Part shown: piece after piece, positions 20,119 through 27,322 of the stretch
Layout of the letters: every line of letters begins with the position of its first letter
How positions within the stretch are numbered: position 1 is the stretch's first letter
Source: a virus
Taxonomy: Duplodnaviria; Caudoviricetes
IMG/VR virus record: IMGVR_UViG_3300020438_000160
Coordinates: 1-30,733 of that record
Reading direction: 5' to 3' (one strand)
Length of the DNA: 30,733 bases
The notes under the pieces: generated by a model
Told to the model about the DNA's origin: nothing
The model's database searches: none
The model's input: the letters and a program-made list of their open reading frames with translations, nothing else
Translations under genes and position numbers: made by a program

Positions 20119-20216
20119 ACATTAAAAGCAACCCAAGCTATATACCCATACATAAATAAAACAGGATATATAGCTAACAAGTAAAACAAAAACACTAACC
20201 CGACAAATTTAATCAA
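20115..20216 (-). CDS. Unannotated 33-aa hydrophobic membrane peptide
   Basis: TTG at 20216, GAGGT RBS overlapping the end of the cytochrome c gene; MIKFVGLVFLFYLLAIYPVLFMYGYIAWVAFNV*. It fills the gap between the arms exactly. Confidence 0.6.
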   Translation of the reverse strand: MIKFVGLVFLFYLLAIYPVLFMYGYIAWVAFNV

Positions 20217-20222
20217 GTATTA

Positions 20223-20522
20223 TTACCTCTTTGCTTCTTTTAAATACTCAGCTAAGTTATGTATATCTATATCTGATAAAGGTCTAGCCATCATTATCAT
20301 TAATGCAGAGTTCGGGCCAACCTCAATACCATCCCTATAAGTTTTTAATCTATCTATCGTGTAATCAATATCATTACCAGATACCTTTGGGTAACTAGCC
20401 ATGCCCATACCTGCAGGGCCATGACATTGCTTACAGTTCTGCATAAACTTTGCTTCACCCAGTACTGCATCACCTGCAGATACTGGGTTAAAAAGTAAGG
20501 CTAGTAGTAAGGTTATTATCAT
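20223..20522 (-). CDS. Class I monoheme cytochrome c (c553/c554-like) with signal peptide
   Basis: Hydrophobic leader MIITLLLALLFNPVSA, GD...GE..F helix, CKQCHG heme motif, YPKVSG, Y...RLKTYRDG, distal Met region SALMIMMA and C-terminal LSDIDIHNLAEYL helix. Confidence 0.9.
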   Translation of the reverse strand: MIITLLLALLFNPVSAGDAVLGEAKFMQNCKQCHGPAGMGMASYPKVSGNDIDYTIDRLKTYRDGIEVGPNSALMIMMARPLSDIDIHNLAEYLKEAKR

Positions 20523-21496
20523 GCAGCTATCCTTTCTTTAGTTGTAGACCACCCCCAATCACCTACCATTCCAGAGGCATTGTAGTCCGTCACAACACCC
20601 TCAAAGAAGTTCTTAAGGGTATCACCCCCAACAATCCAATCGAGCCATTCTAGGGGGTTCTCCTTGACTTTAAAGTTACCTTTCAAACCTAATTGTATTA
20701 ATCTTCTGTCGGCTATGTACCGAATGTACTGTTTTACATCATCTGCTGATAGCCCCTCGACTGCTCCCATCTCAAATGCTGTATCTACAACAGCATCTTC
20801 TAAGGCTACACCATCCCTGAACATCTGATATATATCTTTCTTGAACTCATCAGTAACTATTCTAGGATGTTCCTTACAGTATTCCCTGAATAACTTGACC
20901 ATGCCCTCACAGTGCATTGTCTCATCTCGTACAGACCACTCTACAATCTCACACATACCCTTCATCTTACCGTATCTCTGGTAGTTTAATAGCATAACAA
21001 AGGCTGAGAACAAGGACATACCTTCATTCATTACAGATCTGGCAATACCTTTGCCTAAACCTGTAACTGAGTTTGTATCTAGGTCTGTCATAAACTCTAT
21101 CTTTTCTTTCATCTGCTCGTACTCTAAGAAAGCAGAGTATTCTTCTTCAGGTAATCCTAAAGTATCATTGAGTAGTGCATAGCTACGTTGATGTACAAAC
21201 TCTCTGTTTGTAAAGCTAGTCAGCATAGCTCTGATTTCATTGTTCTTAAATTTTTGTATGTAATGCTCTAGATAATTTGTACCTACAGCTACATCACTTT
21301 GAGTGAACAACCTAAGTATTTGAGTAATATGATTTTTCTCTGCTTCATTTAACTTGCCTGACTGCCATTGGGCTACATCATCTTGTAGCTTTGCCTCCCA
21401 CTCACCCCAGTGAGCCTTCTCAGACTTAACAGCAAACTCAACTGCCCAAGGATATTTAAATGGTTTGTATACTGTGGAACTAGACGTAAGACTCAT
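20519..21496 (-). CDS. nrdB: Ribonucleotide reductase class Ia beta subunit
   Basis: YKPFKYPWA start; metal ligands FTQSD, REFVH, NEG and RDETMH; radical Tyr in HQRSY; NFFE...TDY tail. ATG 21496 is 5 nt from GAGGAG; GTG 21502 is an alternative start. Confidence 0.95.
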   Translation of the reverse strand: MSLTSSSTVYKPFKYPWAVEFAVKSEKAHWGEWEAKLQDDVAQWQSGKLNEAEKNHITQILRLFTQSDVAVGTNYLEHYIQKFKNNEIRAMLTSFTNREFVHQRSYALLNDTLGLPEEEYSAFLEYEQMKEKIEFMTDLDTNSVTGLGKGIARSVMNEGMSLFSAFVMLLNYQRYGKMKGMCEIVEWSVRDETMHCEGMVKLFREYCKEHPRIVTDEFKKDIYQMFRDGVALEDAVVDTAFEMGAVEGLSADDVKQYIRYIADRRLIQLGLKGNFKVKENPLEWLDWIVGGDTLKNFFEGVVTDYNASGMVGDWGWSTTKERIAA

Positions 21497-21519
21497 ATGC
21501 ACTCCTCTAATTGTAAGGG

Positions 21520-21546
21520 AAAAAAAAGGGGTACTGGACGTACCCC
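21520..21546 (-). terminator. Rho-independent terminator immediately upstream of nrdB
   Basis: The minus strand reads GGGGTAC-GTCCA-GTACCCC-TTTTTTTT: perfect 7-bp GC-rich stem, 5-nt loop, T8. Confidence 0.85.
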
Positions 21547-21606
21547 AAACTTAGGAAAAACATGTCACTTAAAGTATACTCTGTTTTACACAGAAATAAT
21601 ACTAAT

Positions 21607-21876
21607 TCAAGACTTTTTTTTGTACTTCTTCTTAGATTGTTTCTCTTCCTCGTATTCGACTAAGAAATTACCACCCACTGTGTACCAATCCAGTACAGGC
21701 TGTAGGGCTTTTTGTATCTTTATAAGCTGTATTAAATCTTCCTGCTGTACTTCTGTAAGAGGAATCTTATAACCTTTTTTATATTCTTGGATCTCTCTTT
21801 CTACATCCTCATACGTTTGTTTTAAAGTTTGTTTTGTAATCTTAGCCGATAGAACTTCATCTATCTCGATTAACAT
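21607..21876 (-). CDS. Hypothetical protein
   Basis: ATG 21876 with AAGGA upstream is preferred to the track start 21897; helical, with a basic tail. Confidence 0.55.
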   Translation of the reverse strand: MLIEIDEVLSAKITKQTLKQTYEDVEREIQEYKKGYKIPLTEVQQEDLIQLIKIQKALQPVLDWYTVGGNFLVEYEEEKQSKKKYKKKS

Positions 21877-22162
21877 CTTCAGTATTCCTTTCAGCAATAT
21901 TAATTTTTTTTCTACTCTTTATCCACCCCTTAGGAATATTCATTCTACCATTGCTCTCTGGTTCAGCCCATGTAGTAGCTATCATTACAGCTTCTTTATT
22001 TTCTGCAATTAAAAATCCCACAGATAATACATCAGCTAACTCAGCTTCTCTTGTATCACTCCAACCATGGTCAGACAAAGCATCTTTCCACCGTATGACT
22101 TCTACAGAATTAGTATCTACCTTATCACTCTTCTGGGTTTTATTCTTGGTTGTCTTTATCAT
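21857..22162 (-). CDS. Phage hypothetical protein (WxDA motif)
   Basis: V.RWKDA...GW...SVGFL...IPKGWI pattern typical of a small phage family; overlaps both neighbours. Confidence 0.65.
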   Translation of the reverse strand: MIKTTKNKTQKSDKVDTNSVEVIRWKDALSDHGWSDTREAELADVLSVGFLIAENKEAVMIATTWAEPESNGRMNIPKGWIKSRKKINIAERNTEDVNRDR

Positions 22163-22589
22163 TTAGGTCTATCAACTTTAGTTTATTTAAAGGTATTTGA
22201 AAGAAAAATTCTCCCTTGGGTACAAACTTATTAGGTACTTCTACTACTGGCGATGCAGCCACATCTTCACCTTTGATATAAAAGGCATACTCTTGTTCAT
22301 TATTAATGATGAAAAAATGTGTCGGCTTATCGTACTTATCTTTGTCCAGATACTTAGCTTTTCTGTGTGGTATCTGGCATGTTCTATACTTAAATTCTTT
22401 ACCTTTCCAAGCACGTTTGATTTCAACTTCACAATAATATTCTCCATCAATTAATAAGTCAGGGCCATACCTATCTGGATTATCTATAACAGTTCTACCT
22501 TTTGATTCCCAGTAGGCTTTGCCTACATCCCTAGCTAGTTTATCGTTCTGTTTGAACAATTCATAATCAAATTTTTTTCTTCTATCCAT
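22140..22589 (-). CDS. Putative PD-(D/E)xK nuclease-like protein
   Basis: YGPDLL...CEVEIK resembles a PD...(E)xK core; start overlaps the end of nrdA. Confidence 0.5.
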   Translation of the reverse strand: MDRRKKFDYELFKQNDKLARDVGKAYWESKGRTVIDNPDRYGPDLLIDGEYYCEVEIKRAWKGKEFKYRTCQIPHRKAKYLDKDKYDKPTHFFIINNEQEYAFYIKGEDVAASPVVEVPNKFVPKGEFFFQIPLNKLKLIDLNDKDNQE

Positions 22590-24330
22590 GGCAACTTATA
22601 CACTCCTCTGAATCTTTCAATGCTTCTCGTTGAATTTGTGTACCAACTTTCTCAGCTTGATTGCCTGAAGAGGTACGGAGATAATACAATCCTTTCAGTC
22701 CACCTTTCCATGCTCTAATGTGAACAGAGTTCACATAACTCTTATCACTTCCTGCAGGAAAGAATAGATTAACAGATTGTCCTTGGCATATATACTTTTG
22801 TCTATCAGATGCGTGTTCGATTACCCACTCTTGGTTAAGTTCAAACGCAGTTTTATAAGTATCTTTTTCGTAGTCTGTAAGATTATCTAGATGCTGAACT
22901 GAACCCTCATGGTTAATAATACTTTTCCATGTAATTTCATTGTTCATCTTGTACTTATCCAGTACTGTAGCTAAATACTTATTTTTAATTAAGTGAGATC
23001 CTGCCCTCGTCCTATGCACATACGCATTCGACTTAACAGGTTCGATACTAGCAGTGCAACCACAAATAATACTGCTATTGGCGTTAGGAGCAATAGCAAG
23101 AAGATGTGCATTACGAACACCAGTACCAAAAAGATCACCTGGTGAACCACGTTTTGTTGCAAGTAACTTTGTTTCCAATAAGGCTTCATCTTTTATATGC
23201 TTAAATATTCTATTGTTTAAAGACTTAGCTACAGCACTTTCAAATGGTGTGTTGTACTTCTGTAAGTAACCATGAAATCCCATAGCTCCCAACCCTAGTG
23301 ACCTCTCTCTTAATGCACTTATCTTGGCTTTTACAATATCTCTTGGAGCATTATCTATAAATGCTTGTAGTACATTATCCAGAAAACAAATCAAATCTCT
23401 TACCATCGGAGTAGTTCTCCAATCATCAAACTTTTCTAAGTTGACTGAAGACAAACAACATACAGCAGTTCTATCTTTACTTGTAGGCAAATGAATCTCA
23501 TTACATAAGTTACTGCCATGAATCTTTAAGCCTTGTTGCTTCAGAGCTTCAGGCAATGCTCTATTAGCCGTATCTATAAAGTTAATGTAGGGTGAGCCTG
23601 TCCTAAATCTAGCCTCAAGTATGCGTTCCCATAACTCTCTGGCTCTAATTCTATCTCTGTATAGACCAGTGTGAGGATCTTTCAGTTCAATTACCTCATC
23701 AGCCTCAAGCCGTTTCATAAACTTATCAGTTACATTAACAGCATTGAATAGGTTAAAGCATTTCCTATTAGCATCACCGCCAGTAGGCAACTTAAAATTG
23801 ATAAACTCAATAATGTCAGGATGATCAATATCCATGTACGCAGCATAGCTTCCCTTTCTAGTTTTACCTTGTTTATATGCAGTCATTTGACTATCTACTA
23901 CTTTAAGGAATGGGATTGGCCCTGGAGCCTTATCACTGACAGCCCTTACATCTGACCAATGACCGCCAACCCCACCACCCTTTACAGATAACCAAGCAAC
24001 TTCTGTATTGTGTGCAATTAAATCTTCTAATGTATCACCCACATAAGTTAAGAAACAACTAATAGGTAATGCCTTAAAAGATTCTTTTGGTTTAGGTGCA
24101 TTACTAAGAACAGGACTAGAAAACATAAACCATTGTTTACTAGCATAATCATATATCCTCTGAGCAAAAGCATAATCACCATTACAATATGCTAATGATG
24201 CTCTAGCAAATGCTTCCTGTGGAGATACCTCAGACTTTAGCATGTAGTAATCTCTTAACAGTTGAGTTGCCTGTTCACTAAGTAATGCATCTCTACTTAC
24301 ATCTATGTTTATTTTGTCATACTTCATCAC
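22582..24330 (-). CDS. nrdA: Ribonucleotide reductase class I alpha subunit (short, no ATP cone)
   Basis: PISCFL, GGGVG, TRKGSYAAY, GSNLCNEI (NxCxE), VCCLSS, RSLGLG, AIAPNA, QGQSVNLF, LYYLR and a C-terminal CxxC. Confidence 0.95.
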   Translation of the reverse strand: MMKYDKINIDVSRDALLSEQATQLLRDYYMLKSEVSPQEAFARASLAYCNGDYAFAQRIYDYASKQWFMFSSPVLSNAPKPKESFKALPISCFLTYVGDTLEDLIAHNTEVAWLSVKGGGVGGHWSDVRAVSDKAPGPIPFLKVVDSQMTAYKQGKTRKGSYAAYMDIDHPDIIEFINFKLPTGGDANRKCFNLFNAVNVTDKFMKRLEADEVIELKDPHTGLYRDRIRARELWERILEARFRTGSPYINFIDTANRALPEALKQQGLKIHGSNLCNEIHLPTSKDRTAVCCLSSVNLEKFDDWRTTPMVRDLICFLDNVLQAFIDNAPRDIVKAKISALRERSLGLGAMGFHGYLQKYNTPFESAVAKSLNNRIFKHIKDEALLETKLLATKRGSPGDLFGTGVRNAHLLAIAPNANSSIICGCTASIEPVKSNAYVHRTRAGSHLIKNKYLATVLDKYKMNNEITWKSIINHEGSVQHLDNLTDYEKDTYKTAFELNQEWVIEHASDRQKYICQGQSVNLFFPAGSDKSYVNSVHIRAWKGGLKGLYYLRTSSGNQAEKVGTQIQREALKDSEECISCHG

Positions 24331-24611
24331 CAGTTGACTCCCTTAGTTTCTTTTAATAACTTTATCATAGCTTTCAGATACCATTCAGCTTTTTCTGCAT
24401 CTTGTAAAGGCTTATTCTTATTCCACATCCTCATAATATATTTAAGTATATTACCTTGACAATATGATATAGCTTCATGTTTACCTAATGTATCTACAAT
24501 CACATCATAGGTTTCATACTTACCTTTATTGTAATGTTCAGGATGATTCACCATATCTTCCTGTTTTAAATCTTCTTGCACTCTATTTAAATAATCTCCA
24601 TATAAACTCAT
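24327..24611 (-). CDS. DUF3310 family protein (T7 gp1.7 nucleotide kinase-like)
   Basis: DMVNHPEHY...GNILKYI.R...K...QDAEKAEWYL signature; adjacent to nrdA. Confidence 0.85.
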   Translation of the reverse strand: MSLYGDYLNRVQEDLKQEDMVNHPEHYNKGKYETYDVIVDTLGKHEAISYCQGNILKYIMRMWNKNKPLQDAEKAEWYLKAMIKLLKETKGVNW

Positions 24612-24967
24612 TATGCAGTGCCTTCAGTCTTAGTCCAACGACTTAGCTGAATTACATTACTCTTTGATTTACTTGAATCAATTTCATCTATGTTCATCTT
24701 ATTCATTTCTTCTTCTACTTTAAAAGCAAACTCAGGGTCAGAGTTCATTAAGTTAAAACAGGTTACTAATGCATAAGTAACTTCAGATAAGTAGTCAGCT
24801 TCTTCATCATTAAGTTTTTCAGTGGGCATCATAACTGCATTGACATGTACAGTAGTGTCCCACTTACCTTCCTTAGTAAAGTTAGGCCTAAGGACTACAG
24901 CAGTATCATCTTTTTGTATGGGAATACCTTCTTCATCAGGGTCAAATATTTGTGTTTCCATATCCAT
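24611..24967 (-). CDS. Hypothetical protein
   Basis: 118 aa, acidic, TAATG coupling to the next gene, NVIQL...TKTEG.A tail. Confidence 0.65.
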   Translation of the reverse strand: MDMETQIFDPDEEGIPIQKDDTAVVLRPNFTKEGKWDTTVHVNAVMMPTEKLNDEEADYLSEVTYALVTCFNLMNSDPEFAFKVEEEMNKMNIDEIDSSKSKSNVIQLSRWTKTEGTA

Positions 24968-24969
24968 AA

Positions 24970-25113
24970 TCAGTCCTTAAATTTAAGTTCTTGTTGTACT
25001 TCTTTCTTAACAATTATATCCATAACGTTTCTAAATTTATCTCCATGGACTTTACTAGACCTATTAGGATTTTTAATTGTTTCTTGTACGACTGAATTTC
25101 TCTGTTTAATCAT
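24970..25113 (-). CDS. Small basic hypothetical protein
   Basis: ATG 25113 (MIKQRN...) just after the endonuclease stop, with AAGGG upstream; fills the gap in the operon. Confidence 0.5.
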   Translation of the reverse strand: MIKQRNSVVQETIKNPNRSSKVHGDKFRNVMDIIVKKEVQQELKFKD

Positions 25114-25117
25114 TCCC

Positions 25118-25576
25118 TTACCCTTTCTTTTCTTTTGGAAACTTGATGAATTTTTCATTCGTTAGTTTTTGAATTTTAGTTATTTCATTAATCCATTCAT
25201 CTGGGATTTCTTTGGTAGAATATTTAAACTCATATCGTTCACACCAATCAGCATATGTAGTTTTAGAAATTTTATTTATCTTTCTCCTACTGCTTTCAAA
25301 TACAAATCGAATGTCCAGATTAGGATGTTGTTGTTTAATTAATAAATGTTTTCTCCTATCTATCGGAGTAAACAATCCTTTGGATTCAATAAGAATCCCG
25401 TTTGGTAGTATAAAGTCAGGTGTGTATTTCCTGTATGCTAAATCTTCCCACTCAATTTTCAATGGCTCATACTTAGCTTTTACACCCTGTTCTTTTAACT
25501 TGTCTTGTATCTTTTTTTCTAGTCCACTACGAACCCCCCTTCTTCTAGCTGCAGAATATGCCTTACCGTTAAACAC
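25118..25576 (-). CDS. T7 endonuclease I-like Holliday junction resolvase
   Basis: RSGLE, YTPDFILPNGILIESKGLF...DRRKH..IK.QHP.LDIRFVF and TTYADWC motifs. Confidence 0.93.
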   Translation of the reverse strand: MFNGKAYSAARRRGVRSGLEKKIQDKLKEQGVKAKYEPLKIEWEDLAYRKYTPDFILPNGILIESKGLFTPIDRRKHLLIKQQHPNLDIRFVFESSRRKINKISKTTYADWCERYEFKYSTKEIPDEWINEITKIQKLTNEKFIKFPKEKKG

Positions 25577-26420
25577 CTCGTAACTCCGTATAACATACCA
25601 TCGGAGGTATCTCTGCTCTCGATACTACTGACGGTCTTTCTTTTAGAGTAGGCCAACACTCATTCCTGTAACTACACCAACCACATTCCCGACACAGCTT
25701 ACGATTACCTGTAAGTTTTTTGTAATAAGTTTCTGGCTCATCACTATATACTCTACGAAAAGAATTTTTATCTAGTTCCTCTGCTACGTTATTAGCTTTA
25801 TTTATATTAGCATCTACATCTAAGCCTGTTGCAGGTACATATTTAAAATCTCCATTGGCTTTGTTGATAACCCACCAACCACCAGGCTTTACCCCACAGG
25901 CTTTTGCATACCCTGCTAGTTGTGCTATGTAACCAAAACTATCTCCTGCTGCTAGGGTGTTGTAGTCCTTGAACTTATTTTCGTAAGACCAAGGACTAGC
26001 AGTTTTTACATCATCTACCTTACCATCCATGATTAGGTCAGGTGTACCCTCAATTTTGTGGCGGGATAAATTGAGAGTTACCTTTTCCCCATTTTGATAA
26101 TCAACACCACTTGCAGTAAGTATGCCTTTGAATACAGACTCAAGTACATCGCCTATCATCATGTTAATAACAAAGTTTGATGTAGGGGGCAAAGCAGTAT
26201 GTTTTTTATTTTTATCAAACCATAGTTGACAATAAGGTCTACCTAAGTTTGACATACGCAATCTAAATTTATTATTGCTTTTATCTACAAACTGCTTTTT
26301 AAGTGAGTCTCTTATTTCATCAGTCACCCTGTCAATAACTTCTTCAGACATAATGGAATCCGAACTTTTTACATTCGATAGATACTGTCTGATTCTAATT
26401 TCTGCAGGGTGAGTAATCAT
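25569..26420 (-). CDS. Cas4/RecB-like PD-(D/E)xK exonuclease
   Basis: RMSNLGRPYCQ, GTPDL...DDVKTAS, Y..QL.GY and a C-terminal C-x2-C-x5-C (CGWCSYRNEC). Confidence 0.8.
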   Translation of the reverse strand: MITHPAEIRIRQYLSNVKSSDSIMSEEVIDRVTDEIRDSLKKQFVDKSNNKFRLRMSNLGRPYCQLWFDKNKKHTALPPTSNFVINMMIGDVLESVFKGILTASGVDYQNGEKVTLNLSRHKIEGTPDLIMDGKVDDVKTASPWSYENKFKDYNTLAAGDSFGYIAQLAGYAKACGVKPGGWWVINKANGDFKYVPATGLDVDANINKANNVAEELDKNSFRRVYSDEPETYYKKLTGNRKLCRECGWCSYRNECWPTLKERPSVVSRAEIPPMVCYTELRGV

Positions 26421-27313
26421 TAAGCTGCCTCTGTTACTTCAACAAACTCATTGACTAAATTATTCTCATCCTTTTTTGCTGAATCAGAATAAGCATTTGC
26501 AATGTAACTGTTATAACCCTCAATCCAAGCATTGAAATCTTTGAACGTATCTTCATCTTGAGGGTTTTTTAGTTCAACTACACCTGATTCTAATTCCACA
26601 CTTGGAACATAATACTTAGCACCAGAAGCAATACTTCTTTCCTCTGTACCTAGCTTTAAATTCTTTTGTGGAAGTAAAAACTTTTGTTTAAACATCTCAG
26701 CAATCGGGCCACCCATAATTTTCCAGGCTTCCTTGTTGTCTACCTCGTATATAAAAGGAATAGGATCAACTGCTTTATCTAAAGTAGCAGACTCTCCCTT
26801 TTCATTTACAGGGGCAGTCAATGTAACATGACCAAACAAAACCCGAACTCTTTTAATAGACTTAATTAAGTCCTTCTGGTCTTGAGGTAAAGAGTTGTAA
26901 TCCTCAATCCAACCACTAGGCTTACCACAATTAAAACCGCCTGTGTTATCTCTTAGATCCCCTTTCAAATCATTTGCCATTTCTGTCTTGACAAACATAC
27001 CCTTACCCTCTGGCCCACCAGAAGTTAGATACCTCTTGTACATAAACTTCTGTTGGAACAATCGAATCTTAGGATTAGAATCATAAAGTTTTGTATCATC
27101 AGGTAGTGTTAAACAAAAACTTCCTGCATCTACAACTTCTACTTTCTTTTTCTTACCTTTGATTTCAGTCTCACCCATTACACCTGAGTGGTCTATCTTC
27201 AATCGTGCAAGTGTACTAGTTTGTTTCTTAGTTTTTGTGTCAGCTTCCATGCCCATAGCTTGAGCAAGTTGATTAAAGTTTGACGTATTTAATGTTGAAA
27301 TATCTGTACTCAT
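26420..27313 (-). CDS. Replication-module protein, probable ssDNA-binding protein
   Basis: 297 aa between polymerase and exonuclease, GGFNCGKPSGWI motif, acidic C-terminus. SSB function is inferred from position and tail only. Confidence 0.5.
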   Translation of the reverse strand: MSTDISTLNTSNFNQLAQAMGMEADTKTKKQTSTLARLKIDHSGVMGETEIKGKKKKVEVVDAGSFCLTLPDDTKLYDSNPKIRLFQQKFMYKRYLTSGGPEGKGMFVKTEMANDLKGDLRDNTGGFNCGKPSGWIEDYNSLPQDQKDLIKSIKRVRVLFGHVTLTAPVNEKGESATLDKAVDPIPFIYEVDNKEAWKIMGGPIAEMFKQKFLLPQKNLKLGTEERSIASGAKYYVPSVELESGVVELKNPQDEDTFKDFNAWIEGYNSYIANAYSDSAKKDENNLVNEFVEVTEAA

Positions 27314-27322
27314 AAAGTCCTC

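Noticed and set aside
21410-21772. 120-aa + strand ORF spanning the nrdB leader
   Set aside because: Antisense to two genes, crosses the terminator, and has no recognisable motif.
22582-22605. NrdA ends in CISCHG, a formal CxxCH heme motif near a cytochrome c gene
   Set aside because: This is the normal C-terminal redox Cys pair of class I NrdA; the protein is cytoplasmic with no export signal.
25569-26420. CRISPR-Cas locus suggested by the Cas4-like gene
   Set aside because: No repeat-spacer array or other cas genes; the context is a phage replication module.
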